Shown: positions 57,050 to 64,000 of the stretch, one piece after another
Numbering within the stretch: the first letter of the stretch is position 1
Layout of the letters: each line of letters opens with the position of its first letter
Source of the DNA: Moniliella sp. 'wahieum'
Lineage: Eukaryota
Length of the DNA: 64,000 nt
Reading direction: 5' to 3'
Assembly (NCBI GenBank): GCA_003971905.1
Contig: RSEE01000018.1
Coordinates: 434,001 to 498,000 of the forward strand
Program-made: the position numbers and the translations under genes
The notes under the pieces: generated by a model
The model's database searches: none
What the model was told of the DNA's origin: nothing
Seen by the model: only the letters and a program-made list of their open reading frames with translations

Positions 57050-58604
57050 ATGCTGGAGGCGGTCAAATCCTTCATGGATCACGCCGAGAAATGGGCGGAT
57101 GATGAGACGGTGCCCTGGAAACCGGTCATTCTCGCTACCGTCCTGCTCGTCTGGGCGTTCGAGACGTACGTGGCGCTTCGACAGTACCGCCTCTTCTCAC
57201 GTCCCACGCCCCCGGCCGCGCTTGCGACCCATGTGGACCTTGACACCTACCACAAGGCTTCTTCCTACAGCCGCGATAAGGCGCGTTTCAACTTTTTCAA
57301 AGGTGCTGTTCATACTGCCACCAGTCTGACCCTCATTTACACCAACGGATTTGCTGCCCTCTGGCGTGGGGCCGGCGAACTGCTGCAATGGACAGGACTG
57401 CTTCCCGACAATGAGGTATGTGGTGGGCACGGAACACTGGGGAAGCTTTGACTGACAGTTCCTGATGTTGATGTGGTTGCAACTTGGATCCAGATTGTGC
57501 GTTCGATCGTCTACGTTTCGGCGATGTTCATCGTCCGGACGATCCCGGACATGCCGCTGGAGATCTACTATCACTTTGTCCTCGAGGAACGGCACGGGTT
57601 CAATAAGCTTACTCCGGCGATCTATGTGAAGGACACACTTATATCCTGGGTGATGAGTTTTATCATTGGCTCGCCGTTTATCGCGGCCATTGTATGGATC
57701 ATCCGATGGGCTGGCGATGCTTTCGCTACGTATGTGGCAGCATTCCTGTTGGTCTGGGTCCTGATTGCTCAGGTTCTCTACCCTTTGTTGATCCAGCCTC
57801 TGTTCAACAAGCTCACACCCTTGCCCGATGGTTTGCTGCGCGAGCGTGTCTTTGCTCTGGCGGGTTCGCTCAAATTCCCTTTGAAGCACGTCTATGTGAT
57901 TGATGGTTCACGTCGCTCATCCCACAGCAATGCTTACTTTTATGGCATGATTCCTGGTGGGCCCAAGCACATTGTGCTGTATGATACCTTGATTGAAAAA
58001 GCTACCCCGGACGAAGTGGAAGCCGTTTTGGCGCATGAGCTGGGACATTGGTCTCACAAGGACAACCTCAAGCTGTTGCTGGTTGCCCAGCTGCAAATTT
58101 GGTTCCAGATGGCCCTTTTGGCTCTCTTTATCCACAACCATGCCCTTTCATGCATTCGGCTTCCCCACAGGCCCAAACAACGTCCTTCCAGTCCTGGTGG
58201 GGATGGAATTGTTCCAGCTGGTTGTGTCGCCTCTGGATACGGTAATTGAGTTTGTGCTGAACGCGATTGTGCGCCGGATCGAGTACCAAGCAGATTCGTT
58301 CGCATGCCACGCCGCACGCCCTGCTCCTACACTCCTCGAGGTGGAGGAGACTACGAACCAGGCAAAGGCGGTCAACGTGCCGCCCAAGGACGCATTGGCT
58401 GTGTTGGAACAGACGCATGCCAAAGGATATGCCGAGTTGCTAAAGCAAGCGCTGATCAAACTCGGCATCCAAAACCTGTCCGCCATGCACAATGACCCCC
58501 TCTACTCGGCGATGCATCACTCGCATCCTACCCTCGCCGAGCGCCTGTTGGCCATCGAACGGATCCAGATCCAGATGCGCGAACAGGAGCGCAAGGATCA
58601 GTGA
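57050..58604 (+). CDS. STE24: Ste24 CAAX prenyl protease (M48 zinc metalloprotease)
   Basis: FVLEERHGFNK, IQPLFNKLTPL, YVIDGSRRSSHSNAYFYG, AVLAHELGHW, EYQAD, HHSHPTLAERL. Intron 57416-57493. One frameshift near 58145. Confidence 0.97.
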
Positions 58605-59234
58605 TGAGCGATTAGGATCAGTCATGTCCTTTCTTTTTTTCTTGCCTGCCTTCTTCCTGGCCGCTTTACCTTTCTCATGATCCCCTCCTGTTCCCTCACG
58701 CATTGATGGCCTCGTCTGCATCGCATTGTGGACCAATGACCTCAGTCACTCCTTCCTTCCTCGTCTCGTCGCTAGCATTCGTCCGCTGCCACCTTTTCCA
58801 CATCGTCTTGATATACTGTCTTGATACACTGGTACCCACAATGCATCCTTGCAACCGCCGTCATACCTGCTTCTATGCAAGTCCAAACTTGGGCCATAGG
58901 AGAGGGAGCGAGCGCCCTCACCGATGTGACGCGAGAGTGCTGATGGGGAGGTGGGGTTGCAATGTGAGAGTCGGAGCGTGGATGAAACCGGGCGAAACAA
59001 ATCGCCAACCCGTGCAATCATCCTTCCCAATAATCGGGAAAGGGCAGCCAAGGCAAGCATCCGAACGTACGAACCTGGATGTTAAGGTAAAAGCGGTGGT
59101 GCAGGTGTATATGTGCGAAGCGTTCGTCCTGCTCTCGGTTGAACTGAACGCCAAGCGGCGATCGCACAGGAGCTAAATAGACTGCACGCCCAGCGAAACA
59201 AGCGGTAGCAAAAAGAAAGGACGCCTTGTCGGCT

Positions 59235-59315
59235 CGAACGACGCAGGGGTCGAACCTGCAACCTCCTGATTACAGCCAGTCGTAGTCAGACGCGCTACCA
59301 TTGCGCCAGCCGTCC
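59235..59315 (-). tRNA. tRNA-Arg(ACG) with a 9-nt intron
   Basis: Cloverleaf GGACGGC / GCGC-AATGGTA-GCGC / TCTGA-CTACGA[CTGGCTGTA]A-TCAGG / GCAGG-TTCGACC-CCTGC / GTCGTTC-G. Pol III T-run at 59210-59214. Confidence 0.93.
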
Positions 59316-59700
59316 CATGGAAGGGATGACGCCTTCTATGTGTCATGCTCATTCGATCCATCGTCTTCCGGACACAGCAATGCACCCACCGGATGGAAGA
59401 GAAAAAAAACAATGCCCATGTCGATCTCGTCTCGGATGCGCGATGATCGAGTAACGCGTAACGTGACTGGGCTGTTCAACGCTTGTCTGAGAGGGTTCGT
59501 GTTCAATTCTTCAATGTTCTATTCTGCTGTGTCTGAGCAGCGCTTAGGTAGCCCTTAATATTATTGGCCAGGCCGCGGCAAGCCACCCCACGACAGGAGA
59601 CCTGGGCGCACTGGCTGGCCCGAGCGAGGAACCTCGTTTCAGCCTGCCGTCTTCTTCGATTTGCCCGTAGCCCACCACCCCTCCCTGCCATCTTCTCGTC

Positions 59701-61383
59701 ATGGCAGCCTGTCAGACGAGTTTATTCTCATTCTCAACGAACTCAACCGCGACGTCGCCGCGCCCGTCCCTCGGACCCGCTCCAGTTCTGCGCGAATTGG
59801 TTCCAACACAAGCTGGCGCCAACGGCAAGCCCTGCGCAAAGACGCCCCCCTAAGTACCTCTGACCCCCCGCAAGCAGGCAACCGCCCGCCGCTCTCGATG
59901 TCGCACCAGATGCAACGGGGCCTAGTGAGGCGGAAAACCCTTTCGCCGGGTTCGGTTTCCCGCCCGTTGCGGCCCCTGCCACCAGCGTTCCTGCCGCCGA
60001 CGCACCGCCCCTGTTCCGCAACTCATGGGACAGCAATGCCAGTACCGAGTCGATGAAAGGAGGGGCCGACCTGCCCGACCTTGTCCAGTTTAACCGGGTC
60101 TTCTAGGTCTCTCCCGCCGCACCTCTGTCTCGGCCGAGTCGATCCGCCCCGATGCCAGCCTGTCACTTCGTCCGCGCAGCAGCCGACGGGCTTCCATGTT
60201 TCCCAAAACGGATACCAACAGCATCGCATTCGCGAGGCCGTCGGCGACCATCTTCTCTTCCGCAATTTGGAGGAAGAGCAGTACAACGAGGTGGTGATGG
60301 CCATGAAGGAGATGCAAGTGGCCGAGGGAGTATCGGTGATCCAACAAGGCGACGAGGAAGGAGACTACTTTTTGTGGTGGAGAGGGGGTCGCTGGATGTG
60401 TTCAAACGGGACACGAGGCCGACTCGGCGAGTGGTCTGGGGACCAATGTGACCAGTTACGGGCCGGTGCTACGTTTGGCGAACTGGCGCTCATGTACGCC
60501 CAGCCGCGGGCGGCGACTGTGCTGACCACGTCGCCTTGCACCTGTGGGCGGTGGATCGAGTGACATTCCGACCATTTTGTTGGAAAGCTCCTCGAGGCAG
60601 AGGACGCTGTTTGACAGCTTCCTCAAAGAGGTGCCTCTGTTGACCATATGCGGGACGAGGAACGGGCAAAGATTGCGGATGCGCTCGAGGTGCGCGTTTA
60701 TTCCGTTGGCGACCGAACCCATTCAGCAGGGCGAGCGGGGCAAGACTTTTTTATCATCATCGAAGGGTATGCCGAGTTCGAAAGCGCAAGACAAAGGCAG
60801 TGCCGAGTACCCCAGGTCGCACGGGCTTACCGGGGAAGGGGAAGTGGTTGTTGGTCATCTTGGTCGAGGCGACTACTTTGGCGAGTTGGCCCTGCTGAAT
60901 AATGCGCCGCGCGTGGCATCGATTGTTGCGGCCGACCGACCTGGAGGAGGAGATGAGGAGGAGGAGGAGGAAGATGGGTCGCGAATGGAGGATTTGCAGA
61001 CCGAGGATGGGCCGGTGGAGTCACGGCCAACAAAGCTGATCAAGTGCGGCGATGGGAAACTAAAAGTGGCGCTGCTGAGCGAACGGGCATTCACGCGTCT
61101 GCTCGGCCCGCTGGCAGGTATCATGAGCCGACATGCTAGGGAACGGTATGGAACGGGATTGACCCCTTTTTTCCCGACATCAAACCCGATCTCAACGACC
61201 GTGCGCCTGACGAAGTTGGGCCAGCGGGCGAGGCAGCAGCGGGCAAGGCAGGCGGCACCGATGTGGAGCTGGTATCCGAGCCGGTCTCGGCGGCTCAGGG
61301 TTGGTTTGAAGGATCGCCATTTGCGTAGCTCCCAATATTGCGTACTGGCCGACCAACCCGCGCATGGCAGGTATGGCCGATAA
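59701..61383 (+). CDS. BCY1: cAMP-dependent protein kinase regulatory subunit; frameshifted
   Basis: Dimerisation domain LNELNRDV..RPSDPLQFCANWF, inhibitor site RRTSVSAES (about 60115-60142), cNMP cassettes FGELALMYAQPRAATV and FGELALLNNAPRVASI. Stop approximate. Confidence 0.95.
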
Positions 61384-62108
61384 CGGGACGGAGACGGGGG
61401 TTACTGGCGGTGCAGATGGAAGATTATCAGTGGCGATGTCTGCCTGAAGCCTGAGGGTCTAATCAACGTGATTTAGGGCCTTCCCTTCTCCTTTCCCTGG
61501 CATGCTGCTACCGACGACGGGGCTCTGCCACTCGGCTGCACAGAGCGTAGTTAAACAAAAGGAGCTTCCTCGCAACAACCTTGACCTTTGCAATTGCATG
61601 ACGAATGGGCGATGGGGAAGACGATGGAAAGAGCTAGGTGTGGGACAGGGGGGCGCAAACGAACATTGGGGATGGGGACGGGGGTGGGGATGACGATGGG
61701 GCTGTACCAGTGCTGTGCCGGCGGTACCAGGAGCGATTGGATTACGTGTACATGAAGGCGAGAGGTGCTGTTGGTGAAAGGGAAAAATGGGGTAGAAGAG
61801 GCTGGGGCAACAGGCACCTGTCGGGGCCAGTGGGCGAGGAGGGGTCTGCGATACGAAGATGTATGGTCACCGGTCACCGGTCATCGATCATCATCATTAA
61901 TCATCGACATCATCGATCATCAATCAGGTACGATCTGCGAGCCTACTGAGTTGTCCTTCGTGCCAAGGTGCGAATGACTGGTACGGCTGATGTAACCTGT
62001 AACGCGTAACACCGGGAACAGGTAGCTTAGGCCAGGGCCTATTACTTTCCCTCCGCCCGGTGCTGTGTGTTCCGGTCTTCCGGTTGTTTGGCTGGGGGCG
62101 GCCGAGGC

Positions 62109-62111
62109 GGG

Positions 62112-62147
<36 letters not shown>

Positions 62148-62148
62148 C
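62109..62148. repeat. (GGCA)n microsatellite
   Basis: About nine GGCA units, read directly. Confidence 0.9.
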
Positions 62149-62611
62149 GGGCACCGGGGACGCGGACGAAGGAACCCCAACCATCAGCGCCAGCAGCGCA
62201 TCAGCCATCCCCACCGTCTGGGTGCTGAGTGCGGGAGCCGCCCAGACAGTGCTCGCGCCTGTGCAATCACACGTGGGTCATCATGCATCATGCACCAACC
62301 TATCAACATTCAATTATTCAACACAGCCGTGCGGGGCACCGCTTCCTCTGCCTCCTTGCTCTCTCGCCCATCTGCATCAATATTCAATCCGTCGGGTAGC
62401 CTTCGATGCTGCACCACCACAGACCTGCCAGGGGGCATGCCAGTGGCTGTACCCTGGCACACGCCCAGGCGCACTAACCCCGCACCACTGCCCTCGTGCC
62501 GCAGCGGCATGCATCATGCTACTAACCCCGCCCATATATCCATCCAATTACCCCACCAGCGCCTGCGCCCGGCCTCCCGCCATGTCCGCCGCCTCCGCCT
62601 CTTCTACTTAA

Positions 62612-64000
62612 ATGGCCTACCTCCTCCGCCTCCTCCGCCGCTATCAGCACCACCCCCACCCACCCCCACTCCTTCCCCTGCCTCGGCCACTGCACTCGCT
62701 AGCCAAGATGGATTCGACAGGCTTCGTGCCGCTGCGGTCTTCCCAGCCCCCGACAGACCGCCCCTTTGTCCTCCGCATGGCTGTCCGCCCCGGCACACCT
62801 ATCAACCACACCCCGCTCACCCCCGTGTCGTTTCTGCTGCGCTCCGCCCTCATTGCGCCTACGGCCCAGGCGGTCGTCCCACCCCGAGCGCAGCTACGGC
62901 TTCACCTACGGCCAATGGGCCGCTCGCTGCCTCAGCCTCACCTATGCCATCCGCTCCGCCCCCTCCTTCCAGCCGGGCACTCCGGTCGCCGTGGTTGCTC
63001 CCAACTGTCCTTTGATTCTCGAAGCCCACCAGTCCGTCCTAGCTGCAGATTCCTTTGTACTTCCTGTCAACGTCCGCAACACTCCCGCCGAGATTAGCTA
63101 CATCTTGGAGCACAGTGGCGCCAGCCTCATCCTCGTCGACCATGCCTTTACTCACCTCATCGAGCCTTACCATACCGAGAAGCGAGGGATCACAGTGGTT
63201 GTTAGCCACGACACGGGCGGAGCTGAGGGTTGTCGGTCGACCCATATGAGCAATTCCTCGATCAAGGCTGGCTTCGATGGCAACAAGCCAACGAACAAGC
63301 GGCTCAGCTGGCCCAATCTCAGGGTCGCAGTCTAGCCACTGCCCCTCGTGATTGGGAAACGGTGCCAATGCCCGAGTCGGAGTTTAATCCGAGTTCGCTC
63401 TGCTACACCAGCGGAACAACCGGCAGGCCGAAAGGCGTCATCACCACCCTGCGCGGTTCCTACCTAGCCGCCTTGGCCAATGGTAAGTCCAGAGCCTCTC
63501 TTTTACTGCATGTACAGGTTCAAAAAGCGATGACCCGACGCTTCTCTTTCTGCTTCTAGCTTTCGAGATGCGTATGGACCACAATAGTGTCTATCTCTGG
63601 ATTCTCCCGGCGTTCCATGCGAGCGGCTGGACGTATCCTTGGGCTGTGACGGCAGCATTGTCGTGCAATTACACCCTTCGTCGGGTGGATTACGATGCGA
63701 TCTGGGAGGCCTATCTGCACGGAGGCGTTACCCACGCCTGTGGTGCCCCCACGGTTCAAGTAGGGATCGTGTCCCACCCGAAAGCCAAGAACGTCAAGAC
63801 GCCCACCCGTGCCACGATTCGCATCGGCGTAGCCGGCTCTGCCCCGACAGCTGCCCTGCTGGGACGGATGGAGAGCCTGGGCCTGATGCCCGTACCGCTA
63901 TACGGTATGACGGAGACCTACGGCCCCATCACGCGGCGGTACGATGAGAAGGGCGGATTGGGTGAGGCATGGCAGCATCTCACTCCGGACCAGCGAGCTC
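62612..64000 (+). CDS. Acyl-CoA synthetase / AMP-binding enzyme; runs off the window
   Basis: NHTPLTPVSFLLRSA, VAVVAPNCPLILEAH, LCYTSGTTGRPKGV, WILPAFHASGWTYPW, YGMTETYGP. Intron 63483-63559. Confidence 0.93.

Overview
Eukaryotic, GC-rich, intron-containing fungal DNA. The protein sequences look basidiomycete, probably Ustilaginomycotina-like (inference). The assembly appears unpolished: nearly every gene carries several 1-nt frameshifts, so CDS boundaries are approximate. Fifteen recognisable protein genes: TEA/ATTS TF, Bsd2, Yta7/ATAD2, APC amino-acid permease, Nhp2, SIS/KpsF-like isomerase, PI31, Yos9, Chd1, PP2A-B55/Cdc55, WOPR/Pac2 TF, Ptc7, Ste24, PKA regulatory subunit and an acyl-CoA synthetase (TEA and the synthetase are cut by the window edges). 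There is also one intron-containing tRNA-Arg(ACG). Two long intergenic deserts (about 2-13 kb and 47-54 kb) lie upstream of the two developmental TFs. The window holds at least seven 5'-truncated remnants of a CRE/Cnl1-like RLE non-LTR retrotransposon (six in the first desert, one at about 28 kb) and two copies of an unidentified dispersed repeat. The most striking unexplained signal is a promoter-associated family of 7-bp-period repeats with the grammar TNA-[4-bp palindrome]-TNA. All 12 GC-containing 4-bp palindromes are used, which points to a sequence-independent process (for example hairpin-type break repair or transposon footprints) rather than one binding motif. A candidate unannotated spliced micro-ORF with back-to-back splice sites lies between CDC55 and CHD1.
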